This document shows, piece by piece, positions 21,801 through 35,353 of a stretch of 47,232 nt of DNA. This DNA comes from Prorocentrum cordatum (Eukaryota): positions 620,001 to 667,232 of the forward strand of contig CAUYUJ010000159.1 in assembly GCA_963575745.1 (NCBI GenBank). The letters are read 5' to 3'. The position numbers and the translations under genes were made by a program. The notes below the pieces were generated by a model. The model saw only the letters and a list, made by a program, of their open reading frames with translations. It made no database searches and was not told the DNA's origin. Numbering within the stretch: position 1 is the stretch's first letter; every line of letters starts with the position of its first letter.

Positions 21801-24800
21801 GCGTTTCGCTCTCCAGCTTTCCGACGCTCCACGACCGCCCACGAGGCCCCGAAGACCGCTCCCCAAGCCTCTGGAGCTCTGTTTTTGGGTTCCCCCACTC
21901 TGCAAAAACCTCGCCGGGACCCCCCACCGCGCCCCGGCACCCCGCCGCCCCAACAGGCCAAAATCGTTGATTCCCATTGACTTTCTCAATGTTCTTCGCT
22001 TTCCCGCTCCCCAACGCTCCACGACCGCCCAAGAGGCCCCCAAGACCGCTCTCCAAGCTCTTGGAGCTCTGTTTTTGGGCGCTCCGACTCTGCAAAAACC
22101 TCGCCGGGACCCCCCGCCGCGCTCCGGCACCCCGCCGCCCCAACAGGCCAAAATCGTTGATCCCCATTGATTTTTTCAATGTTTTTCACTTTCCAGCTTT
22201 CCGACGCTCCACGACCGCCCAAGAGGCCCCGATGACCGCTCCCCAAGCCTCTGGAAGCCTCTGGAGCTCTGTTTGTGGACCCCCCGACTCTGCAAAATCT
22301 TCGCCGGGGCCCCCCACCGCGCCCTGGCACCCCGCCGCCCCAGCAGTCCAAAATCATTGATTCCCATTGGATGTTTCCATGTTTTTCGCTTTCCAGCTTT
22401 CCGACGCTCCACGACCGCCCAAGAAGCCCCCAAGCCCGCTCCCCTAGCCTCTGGAGCTCTGTTCTTGGGCCCCCCGACTCTGCAAAAACCTCGCCGGGGC
22501 CCCCCGCCGCGCCCTGGCACCCTGCCGCCCCAACAGGCCAAAATAGTTGATTCGCATTGATTTTTTCACTGTTTTTCACTTTCCAGTTTTCCGACGCTCC
22601 ACGACCGCCCACGAGGCACCCAAGACCGCTCCCCAAGCCTCTGGAGCTATGTTTGTGGGCCCCCCGACTCTGCATAATCCTCGCCGGGGCCCCCCACCGC
22701 GCCCCGGCACCCCGCCGCCCCAACAATCCAAAATCATCGATTCCCATTGGATGTTTCAATGTTTTTCGCTTTCCAGCTTTCCGACGCTCCACGACCGCCC
22801 AAGGGGCCCCCAAGCCCGCTCCCCTAGCCTCTGGAGCTCTGTTCTTGGGCCCCCCGACTCTGCAAAAACCTCGCCGGGACCTCCCACAGCGCCCCGGCAC
22901 CCCGCTGTCCCAACAGGCCAAATCGTTGATTCCCATTTTTTTGCTTCCCAGCTTTCCGACGCTCCACGACCGCCCAAGAGGCCCCCAAGACCACTCCCCA
23001 AGCCTCTGGAGCTCTGTTTTTGGGCCCCCAGGCTCTGCAAAAACCTCGCCGGGACCCCCCATTACGCTCCGGCACCCCGCCGCCCGAACAGGCCAAAATC
23101 GTTGATTCCAATTGATTTTTTACATGTTTTTCGCTTTCCAGTTTTCCGACGCTCCACGACCGCCCAAGAGGCCCCGAAGACCGCTCCCCAAGCCTCTGGA
23201 GCTCTGTTTTTGAGCCCGACTCTGCAAAAAACCTCGCCGGGACCCCCCGCCGCGCCCCGGCACCCCGCCGCCCCAACAGGCCAAAATCGTTGATTCCCAT
23301 TGATTTTTTTCAATGTTTTTCCCTTCCCGCTCTCCAACGCTCCACGACCGCCCAAGAGGCCCCCAAGACCGCTCCCCAAGCCTCTGGAGCTCTGTTTTTG
23401 GCCCCGGACTCTGCAAAAACCTCGCCGGGCCCCCCCACCGCGCCCCGGCACCCCGCCGCCCCAACAAGCCAAAATCGCTGATGCTCATTGATTTTTTCAA
23501 TGTTTTTCGCTTTCCAGCTCTCCGACGCTCCACGACCGCCCAAGAAGCTCCCAAAACCGCTCTCGAAGCCTCTGGGGCTCTGTGTTTGGGCCCCCCGACT
23601 CTGCAAAAACCTTGCCGGGACCCCTCGCCGCGCCCCGGCACCCCGCCGCCCGAACAGGCCAAAATCGTTCATTCCCACTGTTTTTTTCAAAATGTCTTTC
23701 GCTTCCCAGCTTTCCGACGCTCCACGACCGCCCAAGAGGCCCCCAAGACCGCTCCCCAAGCCTCTGGAGCTCTGTTTGTGGACCCCCCGACTCTGCAAAA
23801 TCCTCGCCGGGACCCCCCGCCGCGCCCTGGCACCCCGCCGCCCCAGCAGTCCAAAATCATTGATCCCCATTGGATGTTTCAATGTTTTTCGCTTTCCAGC
23901 TTTCCGACGCTCCACGACCGCCCAAGAAGCCTCCAAGCCCGCTCCCCTATCCTCTGGAGCTCTGTTCTTGGGGCCCCCGACTCTGCAAAAACCTCGCCGG
24001 GACCCCCCACCGCGCCCTGGCACCCCGCCGCCCCAACAGGCCAAAATAGTTGATTCGCATTGTTTTTTTTTCAATGTTTTCCACTTTCCAGTTTTCCGAA
24101 GCTCCACGACCGCCCACGAGGCCCCCAAGACCGCCCCTCAAGCCTCTGGAGCTCTGTTTTTGGGCCCCCCGACTCTGCAAAATCCTCGCCGGGGCCCCCC
24201 ACCGCGCCCCGGCACCCGGCCCGCCCAACAGTCCGAGGCATCGAGTCCCCATTGATGTCGTCACTTCATTGTGAGCGACGCGGCCAACGCTCACCGACCG
24301 ACCAAGAGGCCCCCAAGCCCGCTACCCTAGCCTCTGGAGGCTCTGTTCTTGGACCCCAGCCCCGACTCTGCAAAAACCTTGCCGGGACCTCCCACCGCGC
24401 ACCGGCACCCCGCTGTCCCAACAGGCCCAACTCGTTGATTTTCATTGATTTTTTCAATGCATTTCGCTTTCCAGCTTTCCGACGCTCCACGACCGCCCAA
24501 GAGGCCCCCAAGACCACTCCCCAAGCCTCTGGAGCTCTGTTTTTGGGCACCCCGGCTCTGCAAAAACCTCGCCGGGACCCCCGCTGCGCTCCGGCACACC
24601 GCCGCCCGAACACGCCAAAATCGTTGATTCCCACTGTTTTTTTCAATGTCTTTCGCTTTCCAGCTTTCCGACGCTCCACGACCGCCCAAGAGGCCCCCAA
24701 GACGCTCCCCAAGCCCTCGACAGCTCATGTTTGTGGGCCCCCAGACTCTGAAACACACCCGCGGGGACCCCCCGCGCGCCCCTGGCCACACCGCCGCCCC

Positions 24801-27800
24801 AACAGGCCAAAATAGTTGATTCGCATTGTTTTGTTGTTTTTTTCGAATGTTTTCAATGTTTTTCACTTTCCAGTTATCCGACGCTCCACGACCGCCCACG
24901 AGGCCCCCAAGACCACTCCCCAAGCCTGTGGAGCTCTGTTTTTGGGCCCCCCGGCTCTGCAAAAACCTCGCCGGGACCACCCGGTACGCTCCGGCACCCC
25001 GCCGCCCGAACAGGCCAAAATCGTTGATCCCCATTGATTTTTTCAATGTTTTTCGCTTTCCAGCTTTCCGACGCTCCACGACCGCCCAAGAGGCCCCCAA
25101 GCCCGCTCCCCTAGCCTCTGGAGCTCTGTTCGTGGGCGCCCCGACTCTGCAAAAACCTCGCCGGGACCTCCCACCGCGCCCCGGCACCCCGCTGTCCCAA
25201 CAGGCCCAAATCGTTGATTCCCATTGATTTGTTCAATGTTTTTCGCTTTCCAGCTTTCCGACGCTCCACGACCGCCCAAGAGGCCCCCAAGACCGCTCCC
25301 CAAGCCTCTGGAGCTCTGTTTTTGGGCCCCCCCACTCTGCAAAAACCTCGCCTGGACCCCCCGACATACGCTCCGGCACCCCGCCCGCCGAACAGGCCAA
25401 AATCGTTGATTCCCATTGGTTTTTAAAATGTTTTCGCTTTCCAGCTTTCGACGGCTCAACGACCGCCCAGAGGCCCCGAAGACGACTCCCAAGCCTCTGG
25501 AGCTATGTTTTTCGGGCCCCCCAGACTCTGCAAAATCCTCGCCGGGACCTCCCACCGCGCCCCGGCACCCCGCCGCCCCAACAGGCCAAAATCATTGATG
25601 CCCATTGATTTTTTCAAATGTTTTTCCCTTTCCCGCTCTCCAACGCTCCACGACCGCCCAAGAGGCCCCCAAGACCGCTCCCCAAGCCTCTGGAGCTCTG
25701 TTTCTGCGCCCCCCCACTCTGCAAAAACCTCGCCGGGACCCCCCGCCGCGCCCCGGCACCCCGCCGCCCGAACGGGCCAAAATCATTCATTCCCATTGAT
25801 TTTTTCAATGTTTTTCACTTTCCAGCTCTCCGACGCTCCACGACCGCCCAAGAAGCTCCCAAGACCGCTCCCGAAGCCTCTGGGGCTCTGTGTTTGGGCC
25901 CCCCGACTCTGCAAAAACCTTGCCGGGACCCCTCACCGCGCCCCGGCACCCCGCCGCCCGAACAGGCCAAAATCGTTGATTCCCATTGACTTTTTCAATG
26001 TTTTTCGATTTCCAGCTTTCCGACGCTCCACGACCGCCCAAGAGGCCCCGAAGACCGCTCCCCAAGCCTCTGGAGCTCTGTTTTTGGGCCCCCCGACTCT
26101 GCAAAAACCTCGCCGGGACCCCCACTACGCTCCAGCACCCCGCCGCCCCAACAGGCCCAAATCGTTCATTCCCATTGATTTTTTCAATGTTCTTCGCTTT
26201 CCCGCTCTCCGACGCTCCACGACCGCCCAAGGGGCCCCCAAGACCGCTCTCCAAGCTCTTGGAGCTCTGTTTTTGGGCGCTCCGACTCTGCAAAAACCTC
26301 GCCGGGACCCCCCGCCGCGCCCCGGCACCCCGCCGCCCCAACAAGCCAAAATCGTTGAACCCCATTGATTCGTTCAATGTTTTTCACTTTCCAGCTTTCC
26401 GACGCTCCACGACCGCCCAAGAGGCCCCGAAGACCGCTCCCCAAGCCTCTGGAGCTCTGTTTGTGGGCCCCCCGACTCTGCAAAATCCTCGCGGGGCCCC
26501 CCACCGCGCCCGGCACCCCGCCCCCAGCAGTCCAAAATCATTTGATTTCCCATGGTGTTTCAATGTCTTTCGCTTTCAGCTTTCCGACGCTCCACGATCA
26601 GCCCAAGAAGCCCCCAAGCCCGCTCCCCTAGCCTCTGGAGCTCTGTTCTTGGGCCCCCCGACTCTGCAAAAACCTCGCTGGGGCCCCCCACCGCGCCCTG
26701 GCACCCCGCCGCCCCAACACGCCAAAATCGTTGATCCCCATTGATTTTTTCAATGTTTTGTCACTTTCAAGTTTTCCGACGCTCCACGACCGCCACGAGG
26801 CCCCCAAGACCGCTCCCCAAGCCTCTGGAGCTCTCTTTTTGGGCGCCCGACTCTGCAAAATCCTCGCCGGGGCCCCCCACCGCGCCCCAGCACCCCGCCG
26901 CCCCAACAGTCCAAAATCATCGATTCCCCTTGGATTTTTCAATGTTTTTCGCTTTCCAGCTTTCCGACGCTCCACGACCGCCCAAGAAGCCCCCAAGTCC
27001 GCTCTCCTAGCCTCTGGAGCTCTGTTCTTGGGCCCCCCCGACTCTGCAAAAAACCTCGCCGGGACCTCCCACCGCGCCCCGGCACCCCGCTGTCCCAACA
27101 GGGCCAACTCGTTGATTCCCATTGATTTTTTCAATGTTTTTCGCTTTCCAGCTTTCCGACGCTCCACGACCGCCCAAGAGGCCCCCAAGACCACTCCCCA
27201 AGCCTCTGGAGCTCTGTTTTTGGGCCCCCCGGCTCTGCAAAATCCTCGCCGGGACCCCCCACTACGCTCCGGCACCCCGCCGCCCGAACAGGCCATTATC
27301 GTTGATTCCTATTGATTTTTTCAATGTCGTTCGCTTTCCAGCTTTCCGACGCTCCACGACCGCCCAAGAGGCCCCGAAGACCGCTCCCCAAGCCTCTGGA
27401 GCTCTGTTTTTGAGCCCCCCGACTCTGCAAAAACCTCGCCGGGGCCCCCCACCGCGCCCCGGCACCCCGCCGCCTCAACAGGCCCAAAACGTTGATTCCC
27501 ATTGATTTTTTCAATGTTTTTCCCTTTCCCGCTCTCCAGCGCTCCACGACCGCCCAAGAGGCCCCCAAGACCGCTCCCCAGGCCTCTGGAGCTGTCTTTT
27601 TGGGTTCCCCCACTCTGCAAAATCTTCGCCGGGACCCCCCACCGCGCCCCGGCACCCCGCCGCCCCAACACGCCAAAATCGTTGAACCCCATTGATTCGT
27701 TCAATGTTTTTCACTTTCCAGCTCTCCGACGCTCCACGACCGCCCAAGAAGCTCCCAAGACCGCTCCTGAAGCCTCTGTGGCTCTGTGTTTGGGCCCCCC

Positions 27801-28885
27801 GACTCTGCAAAAACCTTGCCGGGACCCCTCACCGCGCCCTGGCACCCCGCCGCCCCAACAGGCCAAAATCGCTCATTCCCATTAATTTTTTCAATGTTCT
27901 TCGCTTTCCCGCTCTCCGACGCTCCACGACTGCCCAAGAGGCCCCCAAGACCGCTCCCCAAGCCTCTGGAGCTCTGTTTTTGGGCGCTCCGACTCTGCAA
28001 AAACCTCGCCGGGACCCCCCACCGCGCCCCGGCACCCCGCCGCCCCAGCAGGCCAAAATCGTTGACTCCCATTGATTTTTTCAATGTTTTTCACTTTCCA
28101 GCTTTCCGACGCTCCACGACCGCCCAAGAGGCCCCGAAGATCGCTCCCCAAGCCTCTGAAGCTCTGTTTGTGGGCCCCCCGACTCTGCAAAATCCTCGCC
28201 GGGGCCCCCCACCGCGCCCCGGCACCCCGCCGCCCCAGCAGTCCAAAATCATTGATTCCCATTGGATTTTTCAATGTTTTTCGCTTTCCAGCTTTCCGAC
28301 GCTCCACGACCGCCCAAGAAGCCCCCAAGCCCGCTCCCCTCGCCTCTGGAGCTCTGTTCTTGGGACCCCCGACTCTGCAAAAACCTCGCCGGGACCTCCC
28401 ACCGCGCCCCGGCACCCCGCTGTCCCAACAGGCCCAAATCGTTGATTCCCATTGATTTTTCAATGTTTTTCGCTTTCCAGCTTTCCGACGCTCCACGACC
28501 GCCCAAGAGGCCCCCAAGACCGCTCCCCAAGCTCTGGAGCTCTGTTTTTGAGCTTCCCGAATCTGCAAAAACCTCGCCGGGACCCCCCACCGCGCCCCGG
28601 CACCCCGCCGCCCCAACAGGCCAAAATCGCTGATTCCCATTGATTTTTTCAATGTTTTTCGCTTTCCCGCTTTCCGACGCTCCACGACCGCCCAAGAGGC
28701 CCCCAAGACCACTCCGCAAGCCTCTGGAGCTCTGTTTGTGGGCCCCCCGACTCTGCAAAAACCTCGCCGGGACCCCCCACCGCGCCCTGGCATTCCGCCG
28801 CCCCAACAGGCCAAAATCGTCGAGTCCCATTGATTTTTTCAATGTTTTTCGCTTTCCAGCTTTCCGACGCTCCACGACCGCCCCA
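18860..28885 (+). repeat. 190-bp satellite array (about 52 monomers) with a ~10-monomer higher-order repeat
   Basis: Monomer GGCCAAAATCGTTGATTCCCATTGATTTTTTCAATGTTTTTCGCTTTCCAGCTTTCCGACGCTCCACGACCGCCCAAGAGG...CCCCAACA at 190-bp spacing; diagnostic variants recur about every 1.9 kb. Confidence 0.97.
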
Positions 28886-29289
28886 GATGGACCCAAAACT
28901 CCCACAAAAAAATCGAAGACAACCGCAGAAGACACAAAGGAGAGAGGAAGAGAGCGAGAGAAAGAGAGGAAAAAAACACGCCCAAACACACGCGCGCATT
29001 GCCCTGGCCTACCCATACTCCATATGAACACTACCCCCCTGTTGCAGGAAAGCTCGCGGGGACCAACTGAAACCAAAGAAAACACGAGGCCCGATTTGGG
29101 GTCGGCGGCAGAGGCCCCCCCCCCGGCAGCTTTAAATTAAACCCAATGCTGTTCCCAAATCCGCGAAGAGTTGGTCCAGTGCGGGCTGGCATGGCATGTT
29201 AGAACATGCCTCCTCCTCCTCCTCCTCCTCCTCCTCCTCCTCCTCCTCCTCCTCCTCCTCCTCCTCCTCCTCCTCCTCCTATTCATCCC

Positions 29290-30682
29290 GAACGGCATCT
29301 CGGAGCCCAGAGATGCGAGGATGTCTCCAGCGTAACGGGCTGGACCACCTCGCACGCGGCATCTCGGACACCAGAGTTGCGCCGATGTCTCAGACGAAAC
29401 GTGCTGCGAGGAAATCTCAGGCGAAACGGGCCGGACCTCCTCGAGCGCGGCGTCTCAGAGCCCCGAGTTGCGGGGGCCTCCTGGGCCTCCTGGGGCCTCC
29501 TGGGGACCTCCTGGGGCTTCCTCCTCCTGGGCCTCCTGTGGCCTCCTGGACCCCACTTGGGGCTTCCTGAAGTCTCTTGGGGCTCCCAGTGGGGGATATC
29601 TAACATGTGGCCGTCGAGGCCCCTCAAATGGCACAAGAGCAGGAAAAATCAACGAATCGGCATCGGATGTGTATTAACTTGACACGTTCTGATAGGGGCC
29701 TCCTGGGGCCTCCTGGGAGCCTCCTGGGAATCTCCTGGGGACCCCTGGGGCCTGTCCTGGGCGTCCTGCGGCCTCCTGAAGCTCTCTGGGACCTCCTGGG
29801 GCTCCCAGGGTCCCAGGGGGGATATGTAACATGTAGTCTTCTGGGCCCCAGGCTGGACCACCTCTTGCGCGGCATCTGGGTGCGAGAATGTCTTGTGCGA
29901 AACGGGCTGGACCACCTCGCGCGCGGCATCTCAGAGCTCAAAGTTTCGAGGATGTCTCAGACGAAACGGGTCGGACCACCCCACCTCTCGCGCGGCATCT
30001 CGGAATGCAAAGTGCGAGGATGTCTCAAGTGAAACGAGCCAGACCACCTCTTGGGCGGCATCTCGGGGCTCAGAGTTTGGGAGATGTCTGAAGCGAAACG
30101 GACCGGACCACCTCTCGCGCGGCATCAGAGAGCGCAGAGTTGCGAGGATGTCTCAAGCAAAAAGGGCCGGACCACCTCGCGCACGGCATAGCAGGGCTCA
30201 GAGTTTGGAAGATGTCTCAGGCGATACGGGCCGGACCACCTCTTGCGCGGCATCTCGGAACCCAGAGTTTCAAGGATGTCTAAGGCGAAACGGGCTGGAC
30301 CACCTCTTGCGCGGCATCTCACAGAATTCAGAGTTGCGAGGATGTCTCAGGCGAGACGGGCCAGACCACCTCGCGCACAGCAGCTCAGAGCTCAGAGTTT
30401 GGAGGATGTCTCAGGCCATACGGGCCGGGCCACCTCTCGAGCGGCATCTCAGAGCTCAGAGTTTGGAGGATGTCTCAGGCGAAACGGGCCGGACCACCTC
30501 TTGCGCGGCAACTGGGAGCTCAGAGTTTCGAGGATGTCTCAAGCGAAACGGGCCAGACCACCTCTTGCGCGGCATCTGGGAACTCAGAGGTTGGAGGATG
30601 TCTCAGGCGAAACGCCCAATCCTGGACAAGTCAGAAACGAGAGTTGCGAGGATGTCTCAGGCGAAACGGCCCCGACCACCAA
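29290..30682 (+). repeat. 64-bp tandem repeat array, interrupted by a CCTCCTGGGG-rich block at ~29470-29850
   Basis: GAGGATGTCTCAGGCGAAACGGGCCGGACCACC near 29948, 30016, 30081, 30144, 30208, 30272, 30338, 30402, 30466, 30530 and 30594. Confidence 0.95.
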
Positions 30683-30765
30683 ATTTTGTTTAGGACGTCT
30701 CTGCTTTGAATTCCCTCGGCCAGAGTTAGTTCGATCACAACAGCACTCCGTTCAGCAAGCTGTTT

Positions 30766-30900
30766 GGGGAAAAATCTGAACGAACACTAACTATCGCAGG
30801 TCCACGCAGGTTTCTTGGATCGTTGAAGGCGCCGCCAGGGACCAATGCCAACCCAAGAAATCCGCGCGGAGTTCCTAAAGTGTGACATGCTTACACAGCT
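30766..30900. mobile_element. T-head foldback element copy 3 (internally deleted)
   Basis: CGCAGGTCC..GTTTCTTGGATCG left arm, residual GGCGCCGCC, and CCAAGAAATCCGCGCGGAG right arm. Confidence 0.6.
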
Positions 30901-31559
30901 GAGCTAAGCGACGACAATTTGAATTGCGCGGCGGCTTGTGCGGGCCGCCGGCGCGGCACGCCTCATTGGAAGCGAAGGCGCTTACGCGCGATCTTCCGCT
31001 GGCAGCTTGCGCGCCAACGTCGGGGAAGACGGCCCTGATCTCTTTCGGCGTGCAGCTGATTGTCCTTCGGGATGACCGACGATGGGGAACAACTGGGAGA
31101 CGGATTCGCCGTCTGGAGGCCTTCCCCGACAGAGCGTGCCCGTGGTGCACTCCCAAAAGGGGGGGGTCCCCCCTTAGCTATCCCCCCCAACTGGACCTCA
31201 CCTGACGGAAGCCCCCCCTCTCAGATCTTCCCGCCCCTCGGAAGCTCCCACCCTCCCATTCGCGCTCCGGAAGCTTACCCCCCCCTCCCTTTCCAAAGGG
31301 GGGGGGCTTAGCTCCCCCCCCCTTGGACCTCCCCTGCCGGAAAGCCCCTCCCCCTTTCCCCCCCCCCCCCCTCGGAAGCTCCCCCCCTCGTACCTCTCGC
31401 GCTCCGTAAGCTGCCCCCGCCCCTCTCCATTTCCCACGGGGGGGGGGGGGCTCAGCTATTCCCCTCTCTTTGAATTCTCCCTGCGGGGAAGCCCCACCCG
31501 CCCACCCTTTTTGGCTAGTGATGGGGGGCGGGCTTGGAAGCCCCCCCTTTTGGCTAAAG

Positions 31560-33660
31560 GATCGCCAAAGACCAAAAGGGCGCCGAAAGCCAACGTAGCG
31601 CCGACAACAAAAGCGGCGCCGACAACCGAAAGAGTGCGAAAACCAAAAGGGCACCGAAAACCGAAGGAACGCCGAATACCGAAAGGGCGCCGAAAGCAGA
31701 GGGCGTGCGCCGAAAACCAAAGGGCGCCGAAAACCACAGGAGCACCGAAAACCAAAGGAGCGCCGAAAACCAAGTGGGCGCCAAAAAACTGACAGGGCGC
31801 CGACAAACCAAAGAGAGCTGAAAACCGAAGGAACGCAGAAAACCACAAGAGCGCCGAAAGCAAAAGGGCGCCAAAAACCAGAAGGCGCCAAAAACAGAAC
31901 GATCGCCGAAAACCAAGGGACCCCGAAAACCCAACAAGTCTCCGAAAACCAGCCGGGCGCCGAAAACCAACGAGACGCAGAAAACACAAGAGCACCGACA
32001 ACCAAAGCAACGCCGAAAACTAGAAGGGCGCCGCAAACCACAGAGCTCCGAAACCCAAAGAGCGTCACACCAAAGGGTCGCCGAACTTGATAAGGTCGCC
32101 AGAAGACACAGGGGTGCCGAACACCATTGGGGCGCCGACAGCCGAAGGGTCGCCAAACCCCCAAAATGCACCGAAGACAAAAACGTGCCGAAAACCAAAG
32201 AAGCGCCGAAAACCCAAAGGGCACCGAAAACCCAAACGGCGCCGAAAACACAAAAACGCCGAAAACCAAAGGGGCGCCGAAAACCACAGAGGCGCCGCGA
32301 ACCGAAGGAGTGCAGAAAACCGAAATGGTGCCGAACACCAAAAGAGCGCCGAAAACCAACGGGGCGCAGAAAACCAACGATGCGCCGAAAACTCACAGGG
32401 CGCTGACAAATCAAAGGGGCGCCGATCACCAGAAGGGCGCCGCAAACGAAAAAGGCACCGAAAATAACAAAAAGCTCCGAAGATGGACAGGGCTCCGAAA
32501 ACAAAAAAAACGCTGAAAACCAAAGGGGCGCCGAAAACCAAAGCGGCGCCGAAAACCAGAGGGCGCCGAAAACCGAAGAAACACCGAAGACCAAAAGGGC
32601 GCGCCGATAACCAAAAGGGCGCCGAAAACCGCAGGAACGCCGAAAACCAAAGGCGCGCCGAAAGATGCAAAGCAGGAAGTAAGATATTCAGGAAGATGCA
32701 AAGCAGTTCTTTTCTGTGGGGGGGCGAAGAAAGAAGGGGGAAGACGAGGGGGAAACAAAAGAGGATGAGTGTGAGAAAGGTGAGGATGACAACGAAGCCA
32801 CGGACGAGGAGGAAGACGAGAACGAGGAAAATAGAGAGAAGCAGGAAGGGGAGGAGGAGGAGGAGGAGGAGAGATGAAGAGGAGGAGCAGCAGCAACAGA
32901 AACGTCAACTGAAATAGCAAGGGGCCAGCGGAAGAAAGATACGCTTGATGCATTCTGCACGCGGTGGAAGCAGGAGGGGCCCGCCGGCATCACTACCCGA
33001 GGTTATCCGACGACAACTCCGAAGCACGCGCAACTTACAAATTCGCTTCAAAATTCAAAACTTTGTTTTCCGCGCACATGCGGATCGCACATTTCGCCGA
33101 GACCTTTCGAAATCCACTCAAGATTCAATGCTGAAGCATTGCAGCGCAAAAAGGGCGTCCAAAACCAAAGGGAAGCGGAAAACGAGCGCCGAAAACCAGC
33201 AAGGCGCCGAAAACTTAAAGGAACACCGAAAACCAAAAAAAGCGCCGAAAACCAAAAATGCACCGGAAACCAGAAAGAAGCGCCGGAACCCAGGAGGGCG
33301 CCGAAAACCAACGACGCACCAAAAACACCAAGTCGTGCAAAAAACCACAAGGAACGTCGAAAACCAAAGGTGCGCCGGAAACCAGAACGGAGCGCTGGAA
33401 CCCAAGAGGGCGCCGAAAACCAACGACGCGACGAAAACCAAAAGGCGCGCAGAAAACCACAAGGAACGCCGAAAACCAAAGGCACGCCTAAAACCAAAGG
33501 GGTGCCGAAAACCAACGGAGCGCCGAAAGCCAAAGACACTCCGAAAACCAAAGGGGCGTCAAATGCCCATGGGGCGCCGAGAAACTACAAAAAGCACTGA
33601 AAACCAAAGAAGCGCTAAAAAACTACAAGTGCGCCGAAAACTCAAGGGGAACCGAAAGAC
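31560..33660 (+). repeat. 18-bp minisatellite (GCGCCGAAAACCAAAGGG)n in two blocks split by ~32670-33145
   Basis: Read directly; flanked on both sides by CGGAAGCCCCCC-type repeats. Confidence 0.95.
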
Positions 33661-34499
33661 AAACAAGGAAAGTAGTTTCGACGCCCCCTCTTCAGCCAGG
33701 GCCCTCCGTCTGGAAAAGCGAACAGAAAGTTGGGAGGGGGGGCACCTTCGGAAGCCGCCCCGCGCGTTGGAAGCCAGGAGCCCCCAAGCTACAAAGTCCA
33801 AACAAAAGAAAGAGGGGGGGTAATTTCGGAAACCCTTTCAGCTGATAAGAGGGGGCCGGGTTAGCCCAACGCCCTGAAAAGGAAGTGGAGGGGGGTCCAA
33901 GCCCCATCCTTGAACTAGGGCCCCGCGCAGTTAAGAAATCCAGGACAAAAGGGGGGAGGGGCGGGTAGTTTCGGAAGCCCCCCCTTTCCAAGGCAGGGGG
34001 GGGGTTGAAGCTGGGGCCCTTCTTTTATTGAGAGGCGTGCCGCGAGCGCGCTCTCTCTTCCACAGGGGCCTCAGAGAACCTGGCGCCTCTGGGAAGCCGC
34101 CGCTGACACTTTGGGGCCCAGGCCCCAGAGCGCCGGCGGTGGAAAGACGCGGGGGAGCAGCGAGGGGGAGGGGGAATGGAGGGCGCGGGTGGAGGCGCGA
34201 TGTGTATGCGCGCGCCGATTTTGGCCAGGGCCACCACGCGGATCGAGGCACGAGCACCATGCACATGCACCAGTCCTGTCCAGGCCCACCCTGGGCCCGG
34301 GATCGGAGCGCGCGCCCTCTGGGCTTGGCAGGGGAGGCATGCGCGCCGGCCCTGGGCCCAGAACGGGCCCTGCCAGGATCGTCGCGCGCGCGTCTTGTTC
34401 ACCGCCCGAACGGAAAAGGGATGAGAAAGAGAAGGCAGAGGGCCCTGCTCCGTGTCTTCATGACCTCCTCCTCCTCCTCCTCCTCCTCCTCCGCCTCCG

Positions 34500-34533
<34 letters not shown>

Positions 34534-34979
34534 CTCCTCCTCCTCCTCCTCCTCCTCCTCCTCCTCCTCCTCCTCCTCCTCCTCCTCCTCCTCTCCCATC
34601 GCGCGTGCTCCGCGCAACTGGGTCCCTCAAGCAGTGGCACTCGGCCGCCGCGCCTAGAATCTGACCGCGCGGATGACGGAGACTCTCTGGGCAGGGGGGG
34701 CGGCGGCGGCGCGGCAGCAGCGCGCAACGACGCACCAAAGATGGCGCGGGCCTCATGAAATCCGCCGATCCGGCGTGTGAGTTTCAAGGAGTCTCAGCTA
34801 CAGCCTCGAGGCTGAGCCTCAGCCTCTGGGGGGGTTGCCGGGGTGGCTCTGCCGGGGAAGGGGGGGTGGGGGGGGTGGGGGGGTGGGGGGGGTGCGAGTT
34901 TCCGGCGGATGCGTTTTTTGACACTCCTCACAAGGATCGTGGCCTCCGAGGGGGTTTCGAACTCGAGTACCACCCCTCC

Positions 34980-35353
34980 GCACCAAGAGGCTCCGAGGAG
35001 GCCTCCAAGAGGCCCCAAGGGGCGCAGAAGAGGCCCCCAAGAAGCCCCAAGAGGCTCCCAAGAGACCCCCAAGAGGCCCTCTAGTGGCCCCAAGAGGCCC
35101 AAGAGGCCCTCAAGAAGCCCCAAGAGGCGCCCAAGAGGCCCCCAGAAGTCCCAGCCAACCACGAGATCCCAACCAGCATCCATGAGGCCTCTGACCCACC
35201 ACCCACGCACGGTGGCGGGATAGGCCGACGGCCACTGGATAAATGCTGAGTGAGAGGAGGGGAACGAAAAAACAAAGGAGGGACGAGGGCGAAGAAGGAT
35301 CACATCAGTCGGAGCGCCCCGGATCGGCGGCACTGGCCGAAGGCCACTACAAT
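34980..35353 (+). repeat. CCAAGAGGCCC-rich dispersed repeat abutting the LINE 3' end
   Basis: Same subrepeat as 6930-7634; ends in GGCCGA(C/A)GGCCACT motifs at 35223 and 35335. Confidence 0.7.

Noticed and set aside
24220..24900. A distinct insertion within the satellite
   Set aside because: It still aligns to the monomer; the dense small indels look like local decay or long-read consensus error
18860..28885. CRISPR array or repeat-protein gene in the 190-bp array
   Set aside because: There are no unique spacers, and 190 is not a multiple of 3, so the 63/127-aa ORFs on both strands are artefacts of the period
29290..30682. 64-bp period as a CRISPR repeat plus spacer
   Set aside because: The whole unit is conserved with scattered substitutions; there are no unique spacers or cas genes
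31548..31559. SL-like TTTTGGCTAAAG
   Set aside because: It belongs to a locally repeated CCCTTTTGGCTA motif and has no downstream coding sequence
31178..33823. Long Lys/Pro-rich (histone H1-like) or hydrophobic ORFs
   Set aside because: They are translations of an 18-bp minisatellite that is open in several frames on both strands
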